Below, piece after piece: positions 38,556 through 48,334 of a stretch of 64,000 bases of DNA. The stretch's first letter is position 1; every line of letters starts with the position of its first letter. The DNA comes from an uncultured delta proteobacterium (GTDB taxonomy: Bacteria; Myxococcota_A; Polyangia; Polyangiales; B10-G4): contig CAVSGI010000015.1 in assembly GCA_963727445.1 (NCBI GenBank), positions 96,001 through 160,000 on the forward strand. The letters are read 5' to 3'. Made by a program: the position numbers and the translations under genes. The notes under the pieces were generated by a model, which saw only the letters and a list, made by a program, of their open reading frames with translations, was not told the origin of the DNA and made no database searches.

Positions 38556-39971
38556 TCAGGCGAGGAAGCCAGGAAGCGAACCCGTCAGGTCGATGGTGCT
38601 TCCGTCTTCGGCGGTCGCGCTGGTGATGCCGAGGCTGGTCCGGTCGAGGCCGAAGGCCTGCATGATCGAGACGAGGAGCTTGGTGTGCGGCGGACCGATG
38701 GTGAGGCCGCGGCCGCCCGGGGGCGACGGCAGGTTCTGGTCGTAGCGGAGGTAGCGGCCGGTGGGGATCGCGCCACCTGCGCCACCCGCCATCACGAACA
38801 TCATGTCGTGCATGTCGTGCCAGCCATTGGCGTGCTCCGGCATCCAGATGAGCAGGCTGTTGTCGAGCATGGTGCCGCCGTCTTCGGGGACCGAATCGAA
38901 GGCCTCCACCAGACGCGCGAACTGCTGCGCGTGATAGCTGTAGTAGTTGACCATCCAGGTCTGCGCCGGGTCGGACTGAGAGGGATGGGAGACGTCCTGA
39001 TGCACGTCGAGGCCCGAGGGCGCGCCGATGTCGCTGGTGCTCAGCTGCCCGGCGGCGAGCATGCCGACCCGCGTGAGGTCGCAGGCCATCGCCACGGGAA
39101 AGAGCTGGGTCAGAGCGCTGTCCGTGACCTCGGCGGTGGACAGGCCCGAGGCGGGCGAGGCCGGGCGCTCGCAGGAGAGCGCCGCCGCGGTGGAGACGCG
39201 GTTTTCGAGGTCGCGGATCATGTCGCGATGTCGCTCGAGCTTCTGTCGGTCCTCGAGGGAGAGGCGACCGACCACCTGATCGTATTCGCCGCGCACGAGC
39301 GCGAGCGTGCTCTCGCGGCGCATGCGGCTCATCTCGAGGGGCGTCGGGGTGGTGGGCGCGCCCGAAGCGGGGAGCGCCCCGAAGACGCGATCGAAGGCGT
39401 TCGGCAGGAAGCTGAAACCGCCGAGACGACCCGGGTTCACCTGAGAGCCGGCGGTGTCGTAGATGGGGGAGCTCGACCAGCAGGCGCAGCTGCCATTCGA
39501 GTAGAAGAGGTAGGGGAAGCCGCCGGAAGGCGTCGACGCTTCGGCGATGAGCTGGTCGTAGGACGGGCCGGAGACGCCGCCCTGAGCGGCGAGGCGATTG
39601 GCGATGGCGGCGCCGTGGTTGTTCGAGCTGAAGCCGTGCTCGATGTAGGCCGAGGTCATGGAGAGGCCCTCGACGATGTTGAGCTTTTCGCGGTGCGGAT
39701 GGAGCGGCCGGAGCACGTCCGAGAAGGACATGGGATCGGGATCGTCGAGAGGCATCACCCAATCGGAGCCGGTGTCGGGGTAGCCGGGCCGGCGCATCTC
39801 CCAGCGACCGGTGGGCGGTCCATGCTGGCTGAAGAAGATCATCAGACGCTTCGGCGGCACGGCGCGGGCGGTGCGAGGCCCGAAGAGGGAAGGCAGAAAG
39901 AGCGAGCCCGAGGCGAGGCCCATGGCCTGGAGGAGACGTCGACGGTGGATGCCTCTGGATCGTTTCTTCAT
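38556..39971 (-). CDS. DUF1552 domain protein (Tat signal)
   Basis: MKKRSRGIHRRRLLQAMG; PKRLMIFFSQHG; SYDQLIA; AMACDLTRV; EDGGTMLDNS; MAGGAGG..TGRYL. Confidence 0.88.
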   Translation of the reverse strand: MKKRSRGIHRRRLLQAMGLASGSLFLPSLFGPRTARAVPPKRLMIFFSQHGPPTGRWEMRRPGYPDTGSDWVMPLDDPDPMSFSDVLRPLHPHREKLNIVEGLSMTSAYIEHGFSSNNHGAAIANRLAAQGGVSGPSYDQLIAEASTPSGGFPYLFYSNGSCACWSSSPIYDTAGSQVNPGRLGGFSFLPNAFDRVFGALPASGAPTTPTPLEMSRMRRESTLALVRGEYDQVVGRLSLEDRQKLERHRDMIRDLENRVSTAAALSCERPASPASGLSTAEVTDSALTQLFPVAMACDLTRVGMLAAGQLSTSDIGAPSGLDVHQDVSHPSQSDPAQTWMVNYYSYHAQQFARLVEAFDSVPEDGGTMLDNSLLIWMPEHANGWHDMHDMMFVMAGGAGGAIPTGRYLRYDQNLPSPPGGRGLTIGPPHTKLLVSIMQAFGLDRTSLGITSATAEDGSTIDLTGSLPGFLA

Positions 39972-41650
39972 CGCCCTGCCTCGAATGCTGGCCGCTCTGT
40001 GAACGCGGGCTTCATCGCGAAGGAGACGAGGAGCTCGCGCATGTCTCCGCCCGATGCCTCGAAGTCGTCGAAGACCGACGCGACCCGGCACTGATCGGTG
40101 GCGTCGCTCGCGCGCCCCGCGGCGTACTCGAACCAGCGACCCGCGACGCAGCCCAGCGCTTCGTCGCTGTCGGCGAGGCGGTGGCTGAGATCCACCGCGT
40201 CGGCGATGTCCCAGGTCTCGCCGTCGGCGTCGAAGGTGCCGGTGGCGTCGACCGGCAGGCCGTTGTCGGTGGTGCGGAAGCGGCCGATGGCGTCGAAATT
40301 CTCGAAGGCGAAGCCGAGGCCTTCGAAGTTCGAATGGCAGCCGTGGCAGGCCGGTGGAGACGTGCGCTCCTCGAAGAGCTGGCGGTTGGTCATCGTCCCC
40401 GCGCCGCTCGACGCGGGCTCGCTGAGGTCGGCGTCCGCTGGGGGGCTGGGCGGAGCGCGGCAGAGGATGCGCTCGTAGACGAAGATGCCGCGGAGGGGCG
40501 GCGAGCCCTCGAGGCGATGGGCGCGTCCGGCGAGGAAGCCGGCGCGGGTGAGGATGCCGGCGCGCTCGGTGGCGTCGAGGGTCGCGGGCTGCCAGCCGCT
40601 CGACGGCGCGGACACACCGTAGAGATCGGCGAGCGCGGGGTTCACCTCGGTCTCGGTGCTGGTCAAGAGCGCGCGGAAGGTCCCCTCGCCCTGCCAGATC
40701 ACGCGCGAGACGAAGCGATCCGATTCCTCGCGCGCCGCCTGGACGAGCGACGAATCCCATTCGGGATAGCGGCCGCTGTCCTTCGATTCGTCGTAGAGCT
40801 GGTCGAAGTCGAGCCACTGGCGGTGGAAGTCCTCGAGCATCCGGCTCGCGCGCGGATCGTCGAGCATCCGCCGCGCCTGCGCCTCGCGCTGCTCTGGCGT
40901 CGTCAGCTCGTCGGCCCCCGCCACCGCGAGGAGCTCTTCGTCCGGCGCGCTGCCCCAGAGCAGATACGACAGCCGCGTCGCCACCTCGTAGGGTGTGAGC
41001 TCGAAGGTGGTGTCGGTCCCACCGCTGGGCCGGCCGAGCTCGAGACGGTAGAGAAACTGCGGCGCCTGGAGCATCGCCTCGACGGTGAGCTGCACCGCGG
41101 TGTCGAAGCTGCTCGCCGCGCGCTCCGCGTCGAGGAAGGTCTGGTAGCGATCGATCTCCTCGGCGGTGAGTGGACGCCGGAAGATGCGCAACCCGACCTG
41201 CGCGAGGAAGGTGGCGGCGCAAGCGTCCTCGCCATCGACGCTCGCGTCGCAGGGCATCCACGAGGCCTTGTCGGCGATCGCCGCCGCCGCGACCTCCGCC
41301 GCCACGTCGCTGTACTGCTCGATGAGGAGCGGCTGCGGGCTCAGAAGCTCCGCGCGGTTTTCGAACCCGTGCTCGTCGGGATCGGAGACCAGCTCGAAGT
41401 CGACGCTGACGGTCGGGAAGAGGTCCTCGAGGGTGGCGCGATACTCGGTCCGGCTCAGCCGCCGCACCGGCGCGGGCGCGACGTCGGTGCAGAGCTCGGG
41501 GTTGGTCACCGTCCCGGGCGGCGGCGGCGGCGTCGTGCTCCCTCCGCCGGGCGTCGTCGGCTCCTCGGGCGACGCCCCGGGGTCGAAGATCAGCCCGGTG
41601 CACCCCGTGAGGAGCAGCGAGAGAAGTCCGAGCCGAGCGAGAGCACCCAT
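39968..41650 (-). CDS. DUF1592-family (DUF1587/1595/1592/1588/1585) lipoprotein with a CxxCH motif
   Basis: Lipobox LLTGC; RRLSRTEY; FLYRLE; RLSYLLWGSAPDEEL; RAGILT; CHGCH; GFAFENFDAIGRFR. Confidence 0.9.
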   Translation of the reverse strand: MGALARLGLLSLLLTGCTGLIFDPGASPEEPTTPGGGSTTPPPPPGTVTNPELCTDVAPAPVRRLSRTEYRATLEDLFPTVSVDFELVSDPDEHGFENRAELLSPQPLLIEQYSDVAAEVAAAAIADKASWMPCDASVDGEDACAATFLAQVGLRIFRRPLTAEEIDRYQTFLDAERAASSFDTAVQLTVEAMLQAPQFLYRLELGRPSGGTDTTFELTPYEVATRLSYLLWGSAPDEELLAVAGADELTTPEQREAQARRMLDDPRASRMLEDFHRQWLDFDQLYDESKDSGRYPEWDSSLVQAAREESDRFVSRVIWQGEGTFRALLTSTETEVNPALADLYGVSAPSSGWQPATLDATERAGILTRAGFLAGRAHRLEGSPPLRGIFVYERILCRAPPSPPADADLSEPASSGAGTMTNRQLFEERTSPPACHGCHSNFEGLGFAFENFDAIGRFRTTDNGLPVDATGTFDADGETWDIADAVDLSHRLADSDEALGCVAGRWFEYAAGRASDATDQCRVASVFDDFEASGGDMRELLVSFAMKPAFTERPAFEAGR

Positions 41651-41672
41651 CCCCTCTGAGACTAGGGAACCG

Positions 41673-41693
41673 CTGTAATCCCCGCACTTACAG
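41673..41693. promoter_or_regulatory. Inverted repeat, candidate operator in a divergent promoter region
   Basis: CTGTAA-N9-TTACAG between the divergent starts at 41650 and 41753. Confidence 0.35.
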
Positions 41694-41752
41694 TTCGTTC
41701 GCGGTCGCCGAGAGGCGCCCATGACGCGGATATCCGGGCGGATCCGCGCGGC

Positions 41753-42712
41753 ATGCCTCGTGAGTTACCATCGCGTTCGGTGCGAGCTCCGGCGGCCATC
41801 GCAATCCTCTTCCTGCTCCTTTCGGGGTGTGGCGACGCGAGCGCGGTCGACGACGCAGGCGCTGACACCGCGGCCCCCTTCGACGGAGGCCCGGGGGTCG
41901 TGCCCAGCGGCCCGGACATCCTTCCCCGGGACTGCGTCCCCCGCTCGCTTCTCGTCGTCTACGACCCCTTGGGCATGTCCACGGACGACCCGAGCCATCC
42001 CCTCGCCGCCGTCCCGCTGGAGGTCGACGGTGAGCCGGTCTTCGTCTCGGCGGGCCTCCGGTTCTCCGATGCGACAGGCGCCATCGCGATCCTCAGCGTC
42101 GGCAGCGACCTCTACCGCCTCACCCCCGGCTACGAGCTGGGTTTCTTCGGCGAGGCCAAGGATCTCGCCGGCAACCTCGTGTCCCCCGACGCGCTCTTCG
42201 ATGGCGTCCTCACCGGCGGTCTCTTCGGCGCGGAGATGCGCCTGTTCACCGCGGCTCAGGGTCAGTTCGGCTCGCCGTTCACCCCCTACCGGAACGACAT
42301 CGAGGACGTCCCCCCCTTTCCCTTTCGGCCCCGGAACATCCTGTACGTCGAGATCCCTCCCTTCGCCTTCCTGGTCGCCGTGACCGGCACGGGCGAGATC
42401 CTGAGCGCCGACGCCACTTCGAGCCGGGACGTGTTCGGGATGTCCTACGTGGTGAATCGACTGCATGGGGCAACTCCAAAGACGGCCCCTCTCTCAATCC
42501 AGCAGCTGTTCCGGTTCGAAACAGAGTTCGGCGCCATCGACGAAGGGCGGGTCATCTATCAGGCCAACTTCGAGAACTCACCAATCGTGGACTTCGACCT
42601 GGTCGTGCATCTCGAGGCCGACCCGCGCGTGGGCGCGCATCCCCCGCGCGCCGTCGTCTATCAGCCCACGATCCACAGGCTCCTGGTCGTGGAGGATCTG
42701 CCTTGCGAGTAG
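41753..42712 (+). CDS. Hypothetical lipoprotein (domain shared with 48331..49503)
   Basis: Lipobox LLSGC; colinear similarity to the C-terminal part of the Kazal lipoprotein. Start may be GTG 41780. Confidence 0.75.
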   Translation: MPRELPSRSVRAPAAIAILFLLLSGCGDASAVDDAGADTAAPFDGGPGVVPSGPDILPRDCVPRSLLVVYDPLGMSTDDPSHPLAAVPLEVDGEPVFVSAGLRFSDATGAIAILSVGSDLYRLTPGYELGFFGEAKDLAGNLVSPDALFDGVLTGGLFGAEMRLFTAAQGQFGSPFTPYRNDIEDVPPFPFRPRNILYVEIPPFAFLVAVTGTGEILSADATSSRDVFGMSYVVNRLHGATPKTAPLSIQQLFRFETEFGAIDEGRVIYQANFENSPIVDFDLVVHLEADPRVGAHPPRAVVYQPTIHRLLVVEDLPCE

Positions 42713-44556
42713 CGTGTCGTGCCGCCGCCCTCCTGGCCGCGGTCGCCGGATGCGACGCGAGCTGGACGATCGACGACGGCGCCCTCGCGTCGGAGCCCAC
42801 CGACGGAAGGCTCGTCATCACGCGCTTCGCCGACGGGGCGTGCACCGACGAGGCCGTGTACTGGGCGGAGGCGAAGAGCGCCGAGCCGCCCGCGCCGCTC
42901 GATCTCGCGGCCGGCGACTACTGCTTCTACGCCTACCGGTGGGATGACACCTGTTCGGCCGCGTCCCTCGGCTGGGGCGTCGCCGAGAACGTCTCCCTTC
43001 CCTCGTCCTCGGCCATCGTGACCACCCTCGAGCCCGGGTGCGAGGGCCCGTGCTTGTCGGCCTGCACGCCACCAGCGCAGCTCTGGCCTCAGGAAGCGGA
43101 CTTTCTGCGCCGCGAGGACGTCACGTTCCGCGTGGCCATCCCACCGCGACCGGGATCGGAGCATCCGCGGCCCGATCGCTTCGTGGTCCGCGTCCAGCCG
43201 TGCGCGGGGGAGGCCTGCGGGAAGCGCGACGATCCCCTCGAAGGCGCGGGCGAGACCCCCGCCATCCGCGTGGCGGAAGACGAGACGAGCTGGACCGTTC
43301 CCCTCTCGAGCGTTCCCGGCCTCACGCCCAGCGGCCGCCTCGCATGGCAGGTGGAGGCGTGCTTCGGCGCGCGATGCATCCGCTCGCCTTCGCGCTACTT
43401 CCATGCCGGCCGCTCCCGCCGAGACGTCGATGGAGACGCCCTCGACGACGTCACGGTCGGTGACACCCTCAGCGGCAAAGCCTACTTCTACCGGACCGGC
43501 CCGGGCGGGAGCCATGCCCAGAGGCTCGACGAGGTGTGCACCGACGACGGCACCGGGATCGTCTTCGACAGCGTCGGCGACGTGAACGACGACGACAGGG
43601 GACAGCTCGCGCTCTCGCGGCGCGGCTGCAGCGAGGTCACCTTCTTCATCGCGGACCCTGGCACCGGCTACCTCGAAGCCGACCGAAGCGTCGGCGTCGA
43701 CGGCCGCGTGTCCGGGATCAGCGCCGGTGGAGACGTCGACGCCGACGGCTGGCTGGACGTCCTCGTCGCGACGACCTCTTCGGTGCAGAGGCTCGGAAGG
43801 GACGGCGACGCCATCCCCCTCGAAGGACCGCCGAGCGCGCGCGCCGGCAGGCGCCCGATCGCCGGAGGCGCGGACTTCGACGCCGATGGGTTCTCGGACT
43901 TCGCGGTCCTCGGCCCGACCGGTCCGGTCCTCTGTTTCGGCGCCGCCTCCGCGGCGACCGATGCGCTCGACTGCCACTCGCTGCCGCTGTCCGACTTCGT
44001 CGCCGACGGCGCCTCCATTCGATTCGCCACCGACGCGAACGGTGACGCCTTCGCCGACCTGGTGATCGGCGAGGCCCAGGGCACGGAGGCCGTCTGGGTG
44101 GTGTTGGGGAACGAGGCCCGGACGTACGCGCCCCTCGAGGTGGGACCCTTCGACCCTCGCGGCTCCCTCGCGACCGGCGACGTGAACGAGGACGGCCTGT
44201 CGGATCTCCTCGTCGGTCGCCCCGGGAGCAACCAGGTCGATGTCTACATCGGGGTGGCGGGCGACCAGCCCTACCCGGTGGAAGCGATCACCGTCACCGA
44301 CCAGCGAACGGTGCCGCCGGTGCCGAACGTGGTGACGGATATGGGGCGCGCCGTGGTCGCCGCCGGCGGAAGACAAGGTGCGCAGCGCTACGACTTCGGC
44401 CTCGCGCGGCTCATGGCCTATGCGGGCGGCACGATTCCAGAGGTCCGTCTCTACGAGTGGTCCGATCGTCTGGGCCCGCGCCCCAGCGTCACGATCACGG
44501 CGCCCGATCTCACGAGCACCTCCGCGATCTCCCTGGGCTTCGGAGGCGAGCTGTGA
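42703..44556 (+). CDS. FG-GAP/VCBS repeat lipoprotein
   Basis: Lipobox VAGC; repeated DVDGDALDD, GDVDADGWLDV, DFDADGFSDF, GDVNEDGLSDL. Start is uncertain. Confidence 0.83.
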   Translation: MRVACRAAALLAAVAGCDASWTIDDGALASEPTDGRLVITRFADGACTDEAVYWAEAKSAEPPAPLDLAAGDYCFYAYRWDDTCSAASLGWGVAENVSLPSSSAIVTTLEPGCEGPCLSACTPPAQLWPQEADFLRREDVTFRVAIPPRPGSEHPRPDRFVVRVQPCAGEACGKRDDPLEGAGETPAIRVAEDETSWTVPLSSVPGLTPSGRLAWQVEACFGARCIRSPSRYFHAGRSRRDVDGDALDDVTVGDTLSGKAYFYRTGPGGSHAQRLDEVCTDDGTGIVFDSVGDVNDDDRGQLALSRRGCSEVTFFIADPGTGYLEADRSVGVDGRVSGISAGGDVDADGWLDVLVATTSSVQRLGRDGDAIPLEGPPSARAGRRPIAGGADFDADGFSDFAVLGPTGPVLCFGAASAATDALDCHSLPLSDFVADGASIRFATDANGDAFADLVIGEAQGTEAVWVVLGNEARTYAPLEVGPFDPRGSLATGDVNEDGLSDLLVGRPGSNQVDVYIGVAGDQPYPVEAITVTDQRTVPPVPNVVTDMGRAVVAAGGRQGAQRYDFGLARLMAYAGGTIPEVRLYEWSDRLGPRPSVTITAPDLTSTSAISLGFGGEL

Positions 44557-45305
44557 AGTCCCTCCTCCTCGCCATGCTCTGTTGGCTCGCCCTGACGAGC
44601 GCCGCGGCCGCGACCGCCCCCGACCTCGAGCGCGCGCGAGAGCTCTATGAAGCGGCGTCCTTCGAGGAGGTCCTCGAGGTGCTCGCCCGAGTCGAGGCCG
44701 GCTCGGAGCTGTCGCGCAGAGAGGTGAGCGAGATGCTCTTCCTCCGCGCGCTCACGCGCCGCGCGATGGGCTCGGAGGACGCTGCCGAACGCGACCTCGA
44801 ACGCATCGCCTACCTCGACCCCGACTATCAGCTTCCGGCGGAGGCACCGCCTTCGATGCGCGCGATCTTCCAGTCGACCCGCGCGGCGGTCGAGCCGCTG
44901 CGCCTCCTCGACGAGCTCACCCGCACCGCCGACGGCGTTCGCTTCGCGGTCCGCGCTTCGGGGGATCCTCGCGGCACGGTGCGCAGCATCGACGCCGCGT
45001 GCCGCACCGGCGATGGCGGGTGGCAGCGGGGCGACGGGGGCGTCGTGACGATCCGCGCCCAGGAGGGAGCCACCGTCGAGTGCGCGTCGAAGCTCGTGGG
45101 GCCGGGCGGCGCGGTGCTGCGCGAGCGCGGAACGCGCGAGGCGCCGCTCGGGTTCACCGTGGGCCCACAGATCACGGCCGACGAGGGCCCGAGCGCGTGG
45201 CCCTTCGTCATCGCCGGCGCTGGCGTGCTGGTGGCGGCGGCGATCGCCACCGTCATCATCTTCGCGGTGGCGCCGCCCAACACGACCGTGACCCCGAACC
45301 TCTGA
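44553..45305 (+). CDS. Exported TPR-like protein with C-terminal TM anchor
   Basis: GTGA coupling; signal peptide; LERARELYEAASFEEV helical domain; WPFVIAGAGVLVAAAIATVIIF. Confidence 0.75.
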   Translation: MKSLLLAMLCWLALTSAAAATAPDLERARELYEAASFEEVLEVLARVEAGSELSRREVSEMLFLRALTRRAMGSEDAAERDLERIAYLDPDYQLPAEAPPSMRAIFQSTRAAVEPLRLLDELTRTADGVRFAVRASGDPRGTVRSIDAACRTGDGGWQRGDGGVVTIRAQEGATVECASKLVGPGGAVLRERGTREAPLGFTVGPQITADEGPSAWPFVIAGAGVLVAAAIATVIIFAVAPPNTTVTPNL

Positions 45306-45310
45306 GTCGA

Positions 45311-46675
45311 TCAGCCCGAGAGCAGCCCGGCGAGCGGCCCATCCGGCCCCTCGTCCAGGCTGCCGAAGCGGTCGATGTCGGACAGGCCCATGTAGCGACA
45401 CATCGCCACCAGGAGGCGATTGTGATCGGTGTCGGAGAAGGAGAGGAAGCGACCGGTGCGGACGCCGCCCGCGCCGCCACCCGCCACGACGAATGGCACG
45501 TTGCCGAAGTCGTGATCGTAGCCGCGGCCGAGCTCGCTGCCCCACACGACCATGGTGTTGTCGAGGAGGGTGCCGTCGCCCTCGGGCACCGAGGCGAGCC
45601 GATCGAGGAAGCGGGCGAAGTGCTCCGCGTAGAAGGAGTAGATTCTCGTGAGCTCCTCCTCGGCCTGCGCCGTGCGCTCGTGGGTGATCAGGTGATGCAC
45701 CTCGCGACTGACGCCGATGAAGTCGTAGAGCATTCCGTCGTTCTCTCCCACCGCGTACTGCATGCTCGCGACCCGGGTCAGATCACAGGTGAGCGCCGCG
45801 GTGATGAGCTCGAATTGCCGGTCGAAGATCTCGGGCACGTTCGCCCGGTCGAGGAGGTCGAGGGGATCGCCGATGTCGGGGATGGCGCATTCGAGCGTCG
45901 TCGACAGGCCACGCTCGATGTCGCGGACGGACTCGAGGTGCGCGTCGATCTTGTCCCGATCCGCGCGGGCGACGCGCGCGCGCATTCGCCCGAGGTCGGC
46001 CGTGAGCGAGTCGAGCACGCTGCGTCGTTCCGCCATCCGACGCTCGTTCTCGGCGCCGGGAGCGCCGGCTCCGAAGACGCGTGAGAAGAGCGCGTGGGGG
46101 CTTGGCTCTGGCGAGACCGGCTGCTCGGCGCCGCGATAGATCATGCGGTGCCCCGGGTGATTGCCGCCGCTCGCGAGCCCGGCCTCGATCGAGCGATAGG
46201 GCAGCTCTGCTCCGATGCGATCGGCGATCACCTGATCCACCGACGGACCGCTGTTCCAGCCGTAGTAGTAGACGCCCATCCCGTCGTCGCGGGAGAAGGT
46301 GCGGTCCTCGCGCAGGGGCGAGCCGGTCCAGAGCAGGGGCGGGCCCTTGGTGTGAGGGGCGCCCACGCTCTCGGACGCGCGCATCCGGAGCCCGTCGAGC
46401 ACCACGATCTGATCGCGGTGGCGCTCGAGCGGGGAGAGGATCTCGCCGAGGGTGAAGTCCGTCTCGCCGCCGGAAGGCAGCCAGCGGTCGTGGACGGTCC
46501 CGTGGGGCGTGAAGAAGAGGACCAGGCGCTTGGGCGCGACCTCGCCGTCTCCGCTCGCGTTCAGCAGTGGGACGAAGGGGCTCAGCAGGGCGGCCGCGCC
46601 CGCGGCGCCTGCCCCCTCGAGGAAAGCGCGCCGCGACAAGCGCCGTCGACCGGGGCGTCGTGCTCGGTTGCTCAT
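45311..46675 (-). CDS. DUF1552 domain protein (Tat signal)
   Basis: LSRRAFLEGAG; PKRLVLFFTPHG; SVDQVIA; ALTCDLTRV; EGDGTLLDNT; VAGGGAGG..TGRFL. Confidence 0.9.
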   Translation of the reverse strand: MSNRARRPGRRRLSRRAFLEGAGAAGAAALLSPFVPLLNASGDGEVAPKRLVLFFTPHGTVHDRWLPSGGETDFTLGEILSPLERHRDQIVVLDGLRMRASESVGAPHTKGPPLLWTGSPLREDRTFSRDDGMGVYYYGWNSGPSVDQVIADRIGAELPYRSIEAGLASGGNHPGHRMIYRGAEQPVSPEPSPHALFSRVFGAGAPGAENERRMAERRSVLDSLTADLGRMRARVARADRDKIDAHLESVRDIERGLSTTLECAIPDIGDPLDLLDRANVPEIFDRQFELITAALTCDLTRVASMQYAVGENDGMLYDFIGVSREVHHLITHERTAQAEEELTRIYSFYAEHFARFLDRLASVPEGDGTLLDNTMVVWGSELGRGYDHDFGNVPFVVAGGGAGGVRTGRFLSFSDTDHNRLLVAMCRYMGLSDIDRFGSLDEGPDGPLAGLLSG

Positions 46676-46684
46676 GCTCTGCTC

Positions 46685-48334
46685 CTATTCGGTGGGGACG
46701 ATGCGATGTCGAAAGCCGTCGCTGACGGCGATGGCGAAGAGGAGCGCGCGCAGATCGTCGGGCTCCTCCATGGCGGCGTCGAGAGACGCGAGGGTGCAGG
46801 CGTCGGCGTCCGTCTCCCGCCGCCCGAAGGCGAAGCGGAACCACTGGCGCGCGACGCACGCTTCGACCTCCGGGCTCTCGACCAGGCGCTCGGTGAGCTC
46901 GGCCGCGCCGGTGAAGGGTCCGTCGACGTCGGTGCGGGTGAGACGCCCGCTCGCGTCGACGGGCACACCGTTGTCCATCGTGCGGAAGGCGCCGATGGCG
47001 TCGTAGCTCTCGAGGCCGAAGCCGATCTCGTCGATGAGCTCGTGGCAGGAAGCGCAAGGGGGAGCCGTGTGCTCGGCGAAGCGCTCCCGTGTGGTGGCGC
47101 CCGGCTGCGGCTCGGGCAGGGTGATGTCGACGTCGGGGGGCGGATCAGGCAGGTCCTGACAGAAGAAGCTCTCGCGAACGAGCTTGCCCCGGAGCGTGAG
47201 CGACGACTGCGAGACGTGGGCGTGCGCGGTCAAGACGCTCGGATGGGTGAGGATGCCGTGACGCTCGCCGGGCAGGAGCGCCACGCGATCGCCCTCCGCG
47301 TATCCAGGAGGCTCGGCGATGCCGTAGAGGTCGAAGAGCGGCCCGGTCGGATAGGAGAAGTCCGCGGTCAAGAGCGTCCGGAGGCTCCCGTCGCCGCGCC
47401 GGATCACCGCGTCAGCGAAGGTGAGCGTCTCCTCGCGCATGGCGTCGACCAGCGCGGGATCGAAGCTCGGATAGAGCACCGGGTTCTTCACGGCCGTGCC
47501 GAGACGCTCCAGTCCGAGCCACTGCTCGTGAAAGTCGGCGATGCCGCGCGCCGCGCGCGGATCGTCGAGCATCCGCGAGACCTCCGCGCGCACCCCGTCG
47601 GCGTCCTCGAGGAGGCCCGCCTCGGCAGCGTCGAGGAGCTCCGCGTCGGGCGCCGCGCGGAAGAGGAAGAACGAGAGCCGCGAGGCGAGCGCGTGAGGCT
47701 CGAGGGGGACCATCGCGCCGGCGGTGCCCTCTTCGGGGACGAGCGCGTCGGGGTGGTAGAGGAAGGCCGGCGAGGCGAGCATCGCGGTGAGCGCCAACCG
47801 CCGGCCCTGCGCGTAATCGTCGGTGCCGTACGACACGAAGAGCGCGATGAGCCCCGCGCGCTCGGCGTCGGTGAGAGGACGCCGGTAGACGCGGCGGCCG
47901 ACCGCGGAGACGAATCGTTCGGCGCATTCGGCGACGCTCGTCGTGAGACGGTTGCAGTCGTCGAGGGGGCCGTAGTCCACCGAAGCCGCCGCCGCCTCCG
48001 CCGCCTCCAGGTACTGCTGCACCTCCAGGCGACCCACGGGCGTCAAGGCGTTGCTGGTGAACACCCCGGCTCGCTCGTCGACGGGCAGCGAGATCTCGCT
48101 GTCCAGGCGCACACCGAAGAGGTCGAGGAGCGTGTTTTCGTACTCGGTGCGGGTCAGCCGCCGGAGCGGCGTGGGGCCGGTGGTGAGCATCGCGGCCGGA
48201 TCGCAGAGGACGGCCGGACCGGGAGGATCGGGGGGACCCAGAGGTCCGTGACCGTCGCCGATGACGCCCTGGCAACCCAGGGCGAGCGCCGCAGTGAGCG
48301 CCACCGGCAGAGCGGATCTCGGGATGGGCCTCAC
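46685..48334 (-). CDS. DUF1592-family lipoprotein with a CxxCH motif
   Basis: GTG overlaps the upstream stop; lipobox LALGC; RRLTRTEYENT; RLSFFLF; RHGILT; CASCH; GFGLESYDAIGAFR. Confidence 0.9.
   Translation of the reverse strand: MRPIPRSALPVALTAALALGCQGVIGDGHGPLGPPDPPGPAVLCDPAAMLTTGPTPLRRLTRTEYENTLLDLFGVRLDSEISLPVDERAGVFTSNALTPVGRLEVQQYLEAAEAAAASVDYGPLDDCNRLTTSVAECAERFVSAVGRRVYRRPLTDAERAGLIALFVSYGTDDYAQGRRLALTAMLASPAFLYHPDALVPEEGTAGAMVPLEPHALASRLSFFLFRAAPDAELLDAAEAGLLEDADGVRAEVSRMLDDPRAARGIADFHEQWLGLERLGTAVKNPVLYPSFDPALVDAMREETLTFADAVIRRGDGSLRTLLTADFSYPTGPLFDLYGIAEPPGYAEGDRVALLPGERHGILTHPSVLTAHAHVSQSSLTLRGKLVRESFFCQDLPDPPPDVDITLPEPQPGATTRERFAEHTAPPCASCHELIDEIGFGLESYDAIGAFRTMDNGVPVDASGRLTRTDVDGPFTGAAELTERLVESPEVEACVARQWFRFAFGRRETDADACTLASLDAAMEEPDDLRALLFAIAVSDGFRHRIVPTE

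Noticed and set aside
39972..41687. Apparent 1043-aa fusion ORF 38556..41687
   Set aside because: The upstream part is an Arg-rich off-frame reading of the DUF1592 gene; DUF1552 starts at 39971 with a Tat leader and an ATGA overlap.
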